DNA of 64,000 nucleotides from Alphaproteobacteria bacterium (GTDB lineage Bacteria; Pseudomonadota; Alphaproteobacteria; CAAHEQ01; UBA3637): NCBI GenBank assembly GCA_045614025.1, contig JAZLCE010000014.1, positions 2,825 to 66,824 of the forward strand, read 5' to 3'. Shown piece by piece: positions 56,101 to 64,000 of this stretch (position 1 is its first letter; each line of letters starts with the position of its first letter). The notes under the pieces were generated by a model. It saw only the letters and a program-made list of their open reading frames with translations, ran no database searches and was not told where the DNA came from. The position numbers and the translations under genes were made by a program.

Positions 56101-56594
56101 AATTAGCATCCATTGAAGAAGATCGGGATTTTTCTCCTCAAATTTCAATGGGCTTTTCTGTTTTAATTCCAGAAAACTATGTTCACGATTTGGAAGTTCG
56201 GATGGAACTTTATCACCGTATTTCGGAAATAACTGATGAAAAAGAAATTGAGTCTTTTAAAGCAGAGTTAATGGATCGATTTGGGCCTTATCCAACGGAA
56301 GTTGCTAACCTTTTTGATACGGTTAAATTAAAAATTTTGGCTAAGCAAGCAAATATTGAACGGTTAGATGTGGGACCAAAAGGTGCCTCAATTAGCTTTT
56401 ATCAAAATATTTTCCCAAATCCAGCCGGGTTGATTCATTATATCACTTCGCAAATGGGAACTATTCAAATTAAACCAGATCAAAAGTTAACGGTTATTCG
56501 CCCTTGGCGGAATCAAGAAGAACGGCTTAAAGGCATTTCAGCTATTTTAAATAAAATTGCTGGGTTGGCAAAAGCTGTTCAACCAGATGGCTAA
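53178..56594 (+). CDS. mfd: Transcription-repair coupling factor Mfd
   Basis: 1138 aa with DLVVHQTHGVGKF (RNAP-interaction region), CGDVGFGKTE (Walker A), IVDEEQHFG (DEEQ box), LTLTATPIPRT and QMRGRVGR. Confidence 0.95.
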   Translation: MKKELCGIQEGYQPFVIQKLVKKHKLHCHVASNEVQLFFLKEVLERVSPEIKVFTFLEWDTVPYDRVSPKSDIEGQRIETLCQLADDKLNEKTLILTTPAAILQKVPPVSYFKGAIFNLQKGDIVSFEKLKSFLVKNGYKLVNTVVNQGEYALRGGLIDIYPAGRDHPVRLDFFDDELEEIKSFDELTQRTLQPFVSVSLKPMAEFDLEEESIKRFRTRYRSLFFNVSQDYIYEAVSNKIFTAGLEHFLPLFHEELVPFFDYLKEMSVSFDFQTLRSFEAKEEQIHEYYEARKEGADTTYLEEVQKYNPVPVQEMFLSVQEVLTLLETRLFYTFSPFKEPDKEDMCSVKGKSFVETRLQNPNDVFKEVASYIQNSSKKVIVTAGSFGAGERLKGLLREEGIDLFSAETFNEALKKAPSLLVAPFETGFETKDFVLITETDILGERIIRKPKKNKSVNFISDISALNIDDLVVHQTHGVGKFLGLVPLKIGEAVHDCLEILYEGGDKLFIPVENLDVLSKFGSQNTALDHLGSQSFVAKKNKVKKDLFAMAEKLIQTASLRELNQQERILAPHGVYQEFCARFPYVETDDQLKTIQEIEEDLSLGKPMDRLVCGDVGFGKTEIALRTAFLCAYAGQQVALVVPTTLLAMQHAATFEKRFKGFPIRIAALSRLVSHQKAKLIHKEIEKGTIDIVIGTHAVLSKQIKFKNLGLVIVDEEQHFGVTHKERLKELQKGVHVLTLTATPIPRTLQLSLSGVRSLSVIATPPVDRLAVKTFVMPFDAVIIKEAILREYYRGGQIFYVCPRISDMDEIEEMLQKLLPQMKVVKAHGQMPAKELEKIMSDFSQHKYDILLATSIVESGLDMPLVNTIIIHKADMFGLSALYQMRGRVGRGKLRAYAYLITPPFKKLSATAEKRLTVMQNLDSLGAGFTLASHDLDIRGAGNLLGDEQSGHIKEVGIALYQKMLQDAIRSLKSDKLASIEEDRDFSPQISMGFSVLIPENYVHDLEVRMELYHRISEITDEKEIESFKAELMDRFGPYPTEVANLFDTVKLKILAKQANIERLDVGPKGASISFYQNIFPNPAGLIHYITSQMGTIQIKPDQKLTVIRPWRNQEERLKGISAILNKIAGLAKAVQPDG

Positions 56595-56660
56595 TGCAAG
56601 AAAAAATCTAAAAGCAAAACGGGTTGGTTTTTATTTAATGTTCCTCTTTAGTTTTGTTTT

Positions 56661-57680
56661 TTACTTGGTTAAAACTGAATTTTGAATTTTGCCTTTCAAA
56701 AAGAGCTCAATGTTTTTTAAAGTTGTTTCATTGATTCTGTTGAGCGCATCAATGGAGTTAAAGGCAATATGCGGTGTTGCGATCACGTTTTTAAACTGCA
56801 ATAATTTTAAATTTAAAGCAGAATCCAGCAAGAAATCATTATCTTTAAAAAGTTCATTTTTAAGTTCAATGTCATCATGAATTAAAAAGTCTTCATTTTC
56901 AAGAACGTCAAGCCCAGCGCCACCCACAATTCCTTTTTTAAGGGCGGTATATAACGCTTCTGTATCAATCAAATCTCCCCGTGCTGTATTGATAATAATC
57001 ACGCCTTTTTTCATTTGATTAAAAGCTTCTTCATTTAATAAATGATAATTATCCCTTGTGGATGGCACGTGAAGAGAAATGACATCAGCTTGCTGGTAAA
57101 TTTCATTTAAAGAAGAAACATATAAGTCTTTTAACTCTTCTTGAGGGTATAAATCATAAGCCAATACGTTCATACCAAAGCCTTTGGCAATTTGAATCAT
57201 ATGTTTGCCAATTGATCCTGTTCCAATAACGCCAAGCGTTTTTCCCATTAGATCAAAACCCATATATTTTGAAATTTCAACATGGTTATGCGCCATGCCA
57301 TTTCTGCCTTGAATAATGTGTCTTGCTAAATTTAAAAGAAGGCCAAACGAAAATTCAGCAACGGTTGTTTCCCCATATTTAGGAACGTTTACAACTTCAA
57401 TACCCCTTTTTTTGCAATAAGCTAAATCAATATGATTAAATCCTGTTGATCTTGTTGCAATTAATTTTAAATTTTTAAAAAAATCTAATCGTTTTGTATC
57501 CAATGATTCTGAATGAACAAAAACAGAAATTATTTCACTGTTTTGATAGGGAATTAATTCTTTTTCATCAATGTGATTTAAGCTTTCTTTAAAAAGAACG
57601 GGGTTTATTTCAGGATATAAAACAGTGTTAAGATAAGTTGTTAAAACATCATCTGTATTAAAAAACAAAACTTCTCTCAT
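56661..57680 (-). CDS. D-isomer-specific 2-hydroxyacid dehydrogenase family protein
   Basis: 339 aa with LGVIGTGSIGKHM (NAD fold), INTARGDLID and TPHIAFNS (catalytic His). Confidence 0.8.
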   Translation of the reverse strand: MREVLFFNTDDVLTTYLNTVLYPEINPVLFKESLNHIDEKELIPYQNSEIISVFVHSESLDTKRLDFFKNLKLIATRSTGFNHIDLAYCKKRGIEVVNVPKYGETTVAEFSFGLLLNLARHIIQGRNGMAHNHVEISKYMGFDLMGKTLGVIGTGSIGKHMIQIAKGFGMNVLAYDLYPQEELKDLYVSSLNEIYQQADVISLHVPSTRDNYHLLNEEAFNQMKKGVIIINTARGDLIDTEALYTALKKGIVGGAGLDVLENEDFLIHDDIELKNELFKDNDFLLDSALNLKLLQFKNVIATPHIAFNSIDALNRINETTLKNIELFLKGKIQNSVLTK

Positions 57681-57751
57681 ATATTTCCCTTTCTTTTTGT
57701 TGAAACGAAAATAATATAAGTGCGTTGATAACGCTCGTCAATAGAAAAACT

Positions 57752-58600
57752 TTATTGTTTATGTAAAAGATCTAAAATATTAGAAATAACTTTTTTCAAA
57801 TCATTGCGATGAACAACTTGATCAATCATGCCATGTTCTAACAAATAACTTGATTGTTGGAAGTTTGAAGGCAATTTTTCTCTTACAATTTGCTCAATAA
57901 CGCGTTTGCCAGCAAAACCAATGGCGGCGCCTGGTTCAGCCAAAGCAATATCGCCTAACATAGCAAAAGAAGCGGTGACCCCACCCATGGTTGGATCAGA
58001 AAGCAAGGTAATATAAGGTAATTTTTTTTGCTTTAACTTTTTAACGGCAATGGTTGTTCTTGCCATTTGCATCAAAGAAAGCATCCCTTCTTGCATACGA
58101 GCCCCACCAGAAGCTGGAACTAAAATAAGAGCTGCTTCTTGAAGTTGGGCCAATTGAGAAGCCGTGATAATTGCTTCACCAACGGCAGTTCCCATTGACC
58201 CACCCATAAATGAAAAATCAAAAACGCCAATCACAGCTGCATGGCCCCCAATGGTTCCATGAGCCACAACAATGGCATCTTCGTGTTTGGTTTTTTTTCT
58301 GGCTTTTTTCAATCGATCGGTATATTTTTCCAAATCAACGAATTTAAGCGGATCTTCTTTAACCTTTGGAAGTTGGATCAATGTATATTCGCCTCTGTCA
58401 AAAAGCATTTCAAGTCTTTTTAAAACAGGAAGGCGGAAGTGATGATCACAATAAGGGCAAACAAAGTCCTTTTTTTCAATTTCAGCATGAAACAACATTG
58501 CGCCGCAATCTGGACATCTGTCCCAATAGTTATTTGGAATTTCTTTTTGAGTTGCCGCTTTTTTAACGGTCGGACGAGTTAATCTGCTGAGCCAGTTCAT
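57752..58600 (-). CDS. accD: Acetyl-CoA carboxylase carboxyltransferase beta subunit
   Basis: N-terminal zinc ribbon CPDCGAMLFHAEIEKKDFVCPYCDHH, then FSFMGGSMG and SGGARMQEG. Confidence 0.93.
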   Translation of the reverse strand: MNWLSRLTRPTVKKAATQKEIPNNYWDRCPDCGAMLFHAEIEKKDFVCPYCDHHFRLPVLKRLEMLFDRGEYTLIQLPKVKEDPLKFVDLEKYTDRLKKARKKTKHEDAIVVAHGTIGGHAAVIGVFDFSFMGGSMGTAVGEAIITASQLAQLQEAALILVPASGGARMQEGMLSLMQMARTTIAVKKLKQKKLPYITLLSDPTMGGVTASFAMLGDIALAEPGAAIGFAGKRVIEQIVREKLPSNFQQSSYLLEHGMIDQVVHRNDLKKVISNILDLLHKQ

Positions 58601-58625
58601 AAAAAAACCTATAAATTATTTTGAA

Positions 58626-58904
58626 TTATTTTTTGTTTAATGCTTCGTTAATTGATTTTCCGGCTTTAAAGAACGGAACTTTTTTTGATGAAACTTCAAC
58701 TTTTTCACCAGTTTTTGGGTTGCGACCTGTTCTTGGTTTGCGTTCTCTTACAGATAAAACACCAAAACCACGTAATTCAACACGGTTGCCTTTAACTAAA
58801 GCTTTAGTGATTTCTTTGAAAACAGTTGAAACAACGTTTTCAGCATCTGTTTTTGTTAAATTTGTTTGTTCGGCTAATTTTGCCACGAGTTCAGATTTAA
58901 TCAT
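58626..58904 (-). CDS. ihfB: Integration host factor beta subunit
   Basis: The ATG at 58904 follows AAAGGAAG. MIKSELVAKLAE...VELRGFGVLSVRERKPRTGRNPKTGEKVEV...VPFFKAGK aligns closely with E. coli IhfB as I recall it. Confidence 0.8.
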   Translation of the reverse strand: MIKSELVAKLAEQTNLTKTDAENVVSTVFKEITKALVKGNRVELRGFGVLSVRERKPRTGRNPKTGEKVEVSSKKVPFFKAGKSINEALNKK

Positions 58905-59074
58905 TTTTTTTCTTCCTTTCATAAAAATGGTAACGCCATTTTAAAGAGGTGTTCTTTATTTGTCAAGCAAAAAAACGTTTTTTTGTGATAAAAAAAAGAC
59001 TTGAAGTCTATATACTATATATATTTAAGAGGAAAGGGAGGGCGGATTTTGATGTAATAATAAAGAATCTATAG

Positions 59075-59776
59075 TTATTTAATTAAAGTCCACTTCGGAT
59101 CATAAGGCTTATGTGTTTTAAAAAATGTTTTAGGATTGCTTAAAAACCATTCATTTTTAATTTTTTTTGAATTTTTAATGCGCCCACGTTTAATTTTCTT
59201 TTCCCTTATTTTTAAGGCTCTTTTATAACTTTTATCATCATCAATTCCTAAGAAAGAATAATTGCTTCCGGCCCAAGTTACATCTAAAAGATGCCATTTC
59301 CCATTAATCATAACCCCATTCCAAGCATGAAGTGTTTTCCCAGCAAATCCTTCAATTTCAACAACTTTTAAACCAGCTCTTTTTCCCATGTGCATAAAAA
59401 GATTGGTTAAATGCCTGCAAACTCCTCGTCTTGTTTTAAAGGTTTCATAAGGCGTTTGTTTAAAGTTTGAAACATTATTTTCAGCATCTCTATGAGATTG
59501 AATGGGCGCATCACTTCTTTCCCATTCATATCCAGATTCATATTCATACATATCATATTGGATATGATAAACAATAAAGGCAAAGATAACTCTGGCCTTT
59601 AATTCTTCATTATTTTTATAAGGTTTAACCAAATAATCCGTTAATTTATCTAAATCATTAAAATATTTTTCTGGAACACGGTAAGCGCGCGAATCGGCAT
59701 CTCCATAAAATGTTTTGGAATAACATACTGAAGAAAAAGATAAAATAAAGAATAATATCGTGATCAAAAAACGCAT
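59075..59776 (-). CDS. Secreted transglutaminase-like cysteine protease-fold protein
   Basis: 233 aa with a signal peptide. RRGVCRHLTNLF (Cys), HAWNGVMINGKWHLLDVTW (His/Asp) form a transglutaminase-core pattern. Confidence 0.7.
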   Translation of the reverse strand: MRFLITILFFILSFSSVCYSKTFYGDADSRAYRVPEKYFNDLDKLTDYLVKPYKNNEELKARVIFAFIVYHIQYDMYEYESGYEWERSDAPIQSHRDAENNVSNFKQTPYETFKTRRGVCRHLTNLFMHMGKRAGLKVVEIEGFAGKTLHAWNGVMINGKWHLLDVTWAGSNYSFLGIDDDKSYKRALKIREKKIKRGRIKNSKKIKNEWFLSNPKTFFKTHKPYDPKWTLIK

Positions 59777-59868
59777 GATTTATTATATCATTTTTTTATA
59801 AATTGCAAAAATTTTATTGTAAAAAAAAGAAAAAAATGGTATTTTTTTATCTAAAAAAGAAGGTTTCA

Positions 59869-60414
59869 ATGCCAAGAAGAATTCATAAAATAGAATATCA
59901 TCATTTAGAAATGCCTTTAATGTTTGATATGGTTTGTAAAAATAAAAAACCATACAATGTTGAAATGCTTTTTCTTTATAAATATCCTGCCAAAGGCGGG
60001 ACAAGACCTTCTGTTTTGGCACTTAATCCTGAAGCGCGTCGACTTCATTTTTTTATGACGCGTTTATTTTTAAAATATTTGCAAGAAGAAGATCAGTCAA
60101 ATTTTCCAATTGAGTGGGATGAAAATTTTTCTCCTCGATCAAAATATCTTCAGAAAAGGGAATACCCTTATGCGCCAGATGAAGAGTTAAAACGCTATAT
60201 CTCTTCAACGCTAGCTTCTGTTTTTTCTCATTATTTAAAGGAACAAAAGGGCATAGAGGTGGAACGAATTGATTATTTATTTGCGGATCTTAATTTCGTT
60301 TCTTTTAATTTTATGATTCAAAATTGTTCGCCTTTGAAGCCATTAAAAATCAAATCGCATGATAAAATAAGATATGTTTATCCGCTTTATGATTATGGGA
60401 ATGAAAAGAGCTAA
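59869..60414 (+). CDS. Orphan protein
   Basis: The ATG at 59869 follows AAGAAGG. 181 aa with no recognisable motif. The track's longer start at 59803 runs through a poly-A tract. Confidence 0.45.
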   Translation: MPRRIHKIEYHHLEMPLMFDMVCKNKKPYNVEMLFLYKYPAKGGTRPSVLALNPEARRLHFFMTRLFLKYLQEEDQSNFPIEWDENFSPRSKYLQKREYPYAPDEELKRYISSTLASVFSHYLKEQKGIEVERIDYLFADLNFVSFNFMIQNCSPLKPLKIKSHDKIRYVYPLYDYGNEKS

Positions 60415-60493
60415 AAAAGCATTTCTTTTTGCTTGCATTTTTTTTGAAACTCAGTTAATTTTTTTTAAGATTTTATTTTAAAAGGATAAAAAA

Positions 60494-61738
60494 ATGTTTT
60501 CAAAAACCGAACGAATGTTGGCCTGTCGCTATTTAAAATCAAGAAAAAGAACGGGCTTTGTTTCTGTGATTGCAGGCTTTTCTTTTTTAGGGATTATGCT
60601 GGGAGTTGCCACTTTAATTATTGTGATGAGTGTGATGAATGGCTTTAAAGAAGAATTGCTCAGCCGTGTTTTGGGGTTAAATGGGCAATTAGGAGTTTAT
60701 CCTGCTTTTGGGCCTTATCTTGAAAATGGCGAAGAAAAAGCCAAAGTTATGCAACAAATTAAGGATGTTATGCATGTTGTTCCTGTTGTTGATGGGCAAG
60801 TAATGGTTTCTTCTAGTGCGGCTTCTGCTGGCGTGATGGTTCGGGGGATGACGAAAGAAGATTTTATAAAGCGTCCACTTTTGGGGGGCTCATATAAAGG
60901 CATTGATTTAGAGGAGTTTATGGATAGCCAAGTTGTGCTTGGGTATCGTTTGGCCCGTCGTTTGGGGTTAAGACCAGGGGATAGCGTTTCTCTTGTTTCG
61001 CCAAAAGGAAATGTAACCGCGTTTGGAACAATTCCCAAAATGAAAGCATACACGGTTTTGGGCGTCTTTGATAGCGGTATGAGCGAATATGATGCTAATT
61101 TCTTATTTATGCCTTTAGAAGAAGCAAAGAAGTTTTTTGTAACCGGTGGAAAGGTTTCTCATTTAGAAGTGTTTACAACAAAAGGCGCTGATTATGAAAA
61201 AATTGCTTCTGATGCTTTTTCATCCATTGGCCGTGATGCTCAAATTCAAGATTGGAGATATACGAATCAAGCCTTTTTTAATGCCATTGAAGTTGAAAGA
61301 AACGTGATGTTTTTGATTTTAACTTTAATTATTATTGTTGCCGCCTTCAATATGATTTCAGGGCTTATTATGTTGGTTCAAGATAAAACAAAAGATATTG
61401 CTGTTTTAAGAACAATGGGGATGAGTAGGGGCGCTATTCAACGCGTGTTTTTAATGTCTGGTTTAACTATTGGTGTGGTTGGAACATTTGCAGGGTTTGC
61501 TCTTGGGATGCTTTTTTGCGAAAATATTGATGCCATTAAAGAATTTTTGGAAGGATTATCAGGAAAAGAGCTCTTTTCTGCTGAAATTTATTTCCTTTCA
61601 AAATTGCCAGCAAAAGTTGAAATGGGTGAAGTAACAATGGTTGTTGTGATGAGTTTGGTTTTATCTTTGCTTTCAACAATTTATCCATCATATAAAGCAA
61701 GTAAAACAGATCCGGTGGAGGCGTTAAGATATGAATAA
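60494..61738 (+). CDS. Lipoprotein-releasing ABC transporter permease, LolC/LolE family
   Basis: 414 aa with the MacB/FtsX-type topology: TM1, a large periplasmic domain, then three TM helices. It ends TDPVEALRYE and lies directly upstream of lolD. Confidence 0.88.
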   Translation: MFSKTERMLACRYLKSRKRTGFVSVIAGFSFLGIMLGVATLIIVMSVMNGFKEELLSRVLGLNGQLGVYPAFGPYLENGEEKAKVMQQIKDVMHVVPVVDGQVMVSSSAASAGVMVRGMTKEDFIKRPLLGGSYKGIDLEEFMDSQVVLGYRLARRLGLRPGDSVSLVSPKGNVTAFGTIPKMKAYTVLGVFDSGMSEYDANFLFMPLEEAKKFFVTGGKVSHLEVFTTKGADYEKIASDAFSSIGRDAQIQDWRYTNQAFFNAIEVERNVMFLILTLIIIVAAFNMISGLIMLVQDKTKDIAVLRTMGMSRGAIQRVFLMSGLTIGVVGTFAGFALGMLFCENIDAIKEFLEGLSGKELFSAEIYFLSKLPAKVEMGEVTMVVVMSLVLSLLSTIYPSYKASKTDPVEALRYE

Positions 61739-62414
61739 TCAACCTGTAATTGATTTGGTGAGCATCAGTCGTTTTTATGGCAAAAGCCAAATGCGTCTTG
61801 ATGTTTTAAAAGATGTGAACTTTTCTCTCAAAAAAGGCGAGATCACAGCGCTTGTTGGCCCTTCTGGATCGGGGAAATCAACCTTGCTTCATATCACGGG
61901 GCTTTTAGATCGGCCAAGTGGTGGGCAAATTTTTGTTCAAGGAAAAGATGTTTCTTGTGCGTCTGATAAAGAAAGAACGTTGGTTAGACGTAAAGAAATT
62001 GGGTTTGTTTATCAATATCATCTTTTATTGCCTGATTTTAATGCGCTTGAAAATGTGATGTTACCACAATTGATTAATGGTCAAAAAGAAAAATATGCCA
62101 AATCAAGAGCTGAAGAATTGTTAGAACTTGTTGGATTAAAACATCGATTAAAGCATCGCTCTGGGGAACTTTCTGGGGGCGAACAACAACGCGTGGCCAT
62201 TGCAAGGGCGTTGGCGAATGAACCGGCCATTTTATTGGCAGATGAGCCCACAGGGAATTTGGATCCAAAAACAGCAGAAGGAGTTTTTCAAACGCTTCTT
62301 TCTTTGGTGAAAGAGAAGAATTTATCAGCTTTAATTGCCACCCATAATCCTGAATTGGCGCTTCAAATGGATCGTCAGATTAAAGTTGAAAATGGCATGA
62401 TTAAAGAAGGGTGA
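61731..62414 (+). CDS. lolD: Lipoprotein-releasing ABC transporter ATP-binding protein LolD
   Basis: GPSGSGKSTLL (Walker A), LSGGEQQRVAIARAL (signature motif) and LLADEPTGNLD (Walker B). It overlaps the permease gene by 8 nt. Confidence 0.9.
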   Translation: MNNQPVIDLVSISRFYGKSQMRLDVLKDVNFSLKKGEITALVGPSGSGKSTLLHITGLLDRPSGGQIFVQGKDVSCASDKERTLVRRKEIGFVYQYHLLLPDFNALENVMLPQLINGQKEKYAKSRAEELLELVGLKHRLKHRSGELSGGEQQRVAIARALANEPAILLADEPTGNLDPKTAEGVFQTLLSLVKEKNLSALIATHNPELALQMDRQIKVENGMIKEG

Positions 62415-62438
62415 TGCGCACAAATAAGGGGGTATTTT

Positions 62439-63284
62439 GTGTTAAAGTTAAACATTAAGAACGCTTTATTACTTGTTGTTTTTAATATATTTTTTTCTTC
62501 AACAAATGTTCAGGCAAATAACCAAGAAAAAATCAGTGCTTTTTTGCGCGTTAAAGATGAAATCAAAACAATTGAAGCTTGTTTAAACTCTATTGATGGG
62601 GTGTTTGACCGGATTGTGATTATTCATTCAAATGAAAAAGATGATGGCTCTGTTGCATTAATGAATGAATGGTGCTCAAAAAGAAAAGAATGCGAAATTC
62701 ATGAATATCCACATAAAGTTATTCCTTCTCATGATAAACGATATAGACAGAGAGTTCCATATGAAAATACATTAGCCGCCTATAATAATTTTGGGCTTCA
62801 GTTATTTGAACCGGAAGAATGGGTTGTTAAGATTGATGGGGATCAGGTATATTTAAAAAATCGTTTAAAAGAATATGTTGACTTTGTCAGAACCAAAGGG
62901 GAAGATAATGTTAAATATTTTTTCATTGGATATAATACATTTGCATGGAATAATTATTTTGTGAAATTTAAAGCTGGTCCAATTAATGGTAAATTTGGGG
63001 ATAGTTATTTTGTTAAACGAAAAAATATTGATTTATTTAAACAAAATAATGTATTTGAATCCATTATATTAAAGAATGTTGTTAGAGAAGAAGAATTTAA
63101 TCAACCAGTTTGGTTTCATTTTATGAAAACTTTAAAAATGAAAGGGAATATTCAAGAAAACGATACGGCGTCAAAAGAAACGTTTGTGTTTTTATCAGAA
63201 GAAGAAAAACATTTATTTCAAGAAAGCATTTTGCCTTATCTTGAAAATTCACCTTATAGAGATTTAAAATTAGAACATGATTAA
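62439..63284 (+). CDS. Signal-anchored GT-A-fold glycosyltransferase-like protein (paralog 1)
   Basis: A GTG start follows AAGGGGG. ISAFLRVKDEIKTIEACLNSIDGVFDRIVIIHSNEKDDGS resembles a GT2 N-terminal nucleotide-binding beta-alpha-beta unit, and KIDGDQVY is a DxD-like motif. This is a weak family call. Confidence 0.45.
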   Translation: MLKLNIKNALLLVVFNIFFSSTNVQANNQEKISAFLRVKDEIKTIEACLNSIDGVFDRIVIIHSNEKDDGSVALMNEWCSKRKECEIHEYPHKVIPSHDKRYRQRVPYENTLAAYNNFGLQLFEPEEWVVKIDGDQVYLKNRLKEYVDFVRTKGEDNVKYFFIGYNTFAWNNYFVKFKAGPINGKFGDSYFVKRKNIDLFKQNNVFESIILKNVVREEEFNQPVWFHFMKTLKMKGNIQENDTASKETFVFLSEEEKHLFQESILPYLENSPYRDLKLEHD

Positions 63285-64000
63285 ATATAGCCTTGTTTTT
63301 TTTATTTGTTTGTTTTTAAATGTTTGTTGTTTTTCTCTTGCGCAAGGGGCTGAAAAAATCAGCGCTTTTTTGCGCGTTAAAGATGAAATTAAAACAATAG
63401 AAGCTTGTTTAAACTCAATTGAAGGCGTTTTTGATCGAATTGTGATTATTCATTCAAATGAAAAAGATGATGGCTCTGTTGCATTAATGAATGAATGGTG
63501 CTCAAAAAGAAAAGAATGCGAAATTCATGAATATCCATTTGCTGTTGTTCCTTCGCATGATAAACGATATACGCAAAAAAAAGTTTCTTATGAAAACACA
63601 TTAGCAGCTTATAATAATTTTGGTCTTCAATTATTTGAACCAGAGGAATGGGTTGTTAAAATTGATGCTGATCAGGTGTATCTTAAAAAGAATTTGAAGA
63701 AATTTGTTCAAAAAGTTCGTCAATCAGTAAATGATGATGAAATTTATTTAATGCATGGATATAATTCTTTTGCTTGGAATGGGAAATTGGTTCTTTTGAA
63801 AGAAGAGCCAATTATTGGTATGCATCGGGATCACTTCGCTATTAAGCGTAAGAATTTAAATAATTTTAAACAATGCATGTATTGGGAATGTTATGTTTTA
63901 AAAAATCGATTATCAAGAGTTTATGTCCCAGCAACTGAAATATTATGGTTTCATTTTAAAAAAGAGATAAAAAAAGCGACCTTTAAAATTCCAAATGATA
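63277..64000 (+). CDS. Signal-anchored GT-A-fold glycosyltransferase-like protein (paralog 2, 3' end outside window)
   Basis: The ATG at 63277 overlaps the upstream stop. I translated the frame by hand and it is open to the window end: MIKYSLVFFICLFLNVCCFSLAQGAEKISAFLRVKDEIKTIEACLNSIEGVFDRIVIIHSNEKDDGS...KIDADQVY. It is absent from the track because it has no in-window stop. Confidence 0.5.
   Translation, partial: MIKYSLVFFICLFLNVCCFSLAQGAEKISAFLRVKDEIKTIEACLNSIEGVFDRIVIIHSNEKDDGSVALMNEWCSKRKECEIHEYPFAVVPSHDKRYTQKKVSYENTLAAYNNFGLQLFEPEEWVVKIDADQVYLKKNLKKFVQKVRQSVNDDEIYLMHGYNSFAWNGKLVLLKEEPIIGMHRDHFAIKRKNLNNFKQCMYWECYVLKNRLSRVYVPATEILWFHFKKEIKKATFKIPND

Noticed and set aside
58621-58944. 107-aa + strand ORF antisense to ihfB
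   Set aside because: The minus-strand frame encodes an unmistakable IHF-beta sequence. The + frame is a shadow ORF.
59783-60022. 79-aa minus-strand ORF and the 5' extension of 59803..60414 through a poly-A/T tract
   Set aside because: There is no RBS and the sequence is low-complexity poly-K/F. The ATG at 59869 with AAGAAGG is a better start for the + gene, and the minus ORF is its shadow.

Overview
This is an AT-rich (about one-third G+C by eye) Gram-negative chromosomal segment. The housekeeping genes look alphaproteobacterial: mreBCD-mrdA-rodA, trmFO, ihfB, lolCDE-type genes, mfd, trkA, accD, thyA-folA and tpiA. The accessory genes suggest an intracellular, protist-associated (Rickettsiales/Holosporales-like) lifestyle, but that is inference only. 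They include three ankyrin-repeat proteins, Sel1 and TPR proteins, a chlamydia-type arginine decarboxylase/antiporter pair with an OprB-like porin, a Pmp-repeat autotransporter, a 1700-aa protein combining an M48-protease motif with an ABC1-kinase-like region, and many orphan membrane or coiled-coil proteins. The region from about 41.5 to 62.4 kb is ordinary housekeeping; the first 41 kb is mostly accessory. Five things stand out. (1) A five-gene minus-strand enzyme cluster (21.9-26.9 kb) has three transcription units, each preceded by the same promoter, leader and intrinsic terminator, with antiterminator-like pairing and hydrophobic mini-ORFs. (2) An eight-gene operon (3.0-7.0 kb) encodes orphan membrane proteins, four of them paralogous double-hairpin proteins. 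(3) An ~820-bp G-depleted C/A-rich tract lies upstream of tpiA, and a G/T-rich tandem repeat of opposite polarity lies downstream. (4) The giant protease/kinase-like gene is followed by three paralogous orphan genes. (5) Duplicated 80-bp units sit next to tRNA-Lys. I saw no rRNA, CRISPR array, transposase or integrase. All domain calls come from motif recognition by eye; no database search or folding computation was run.
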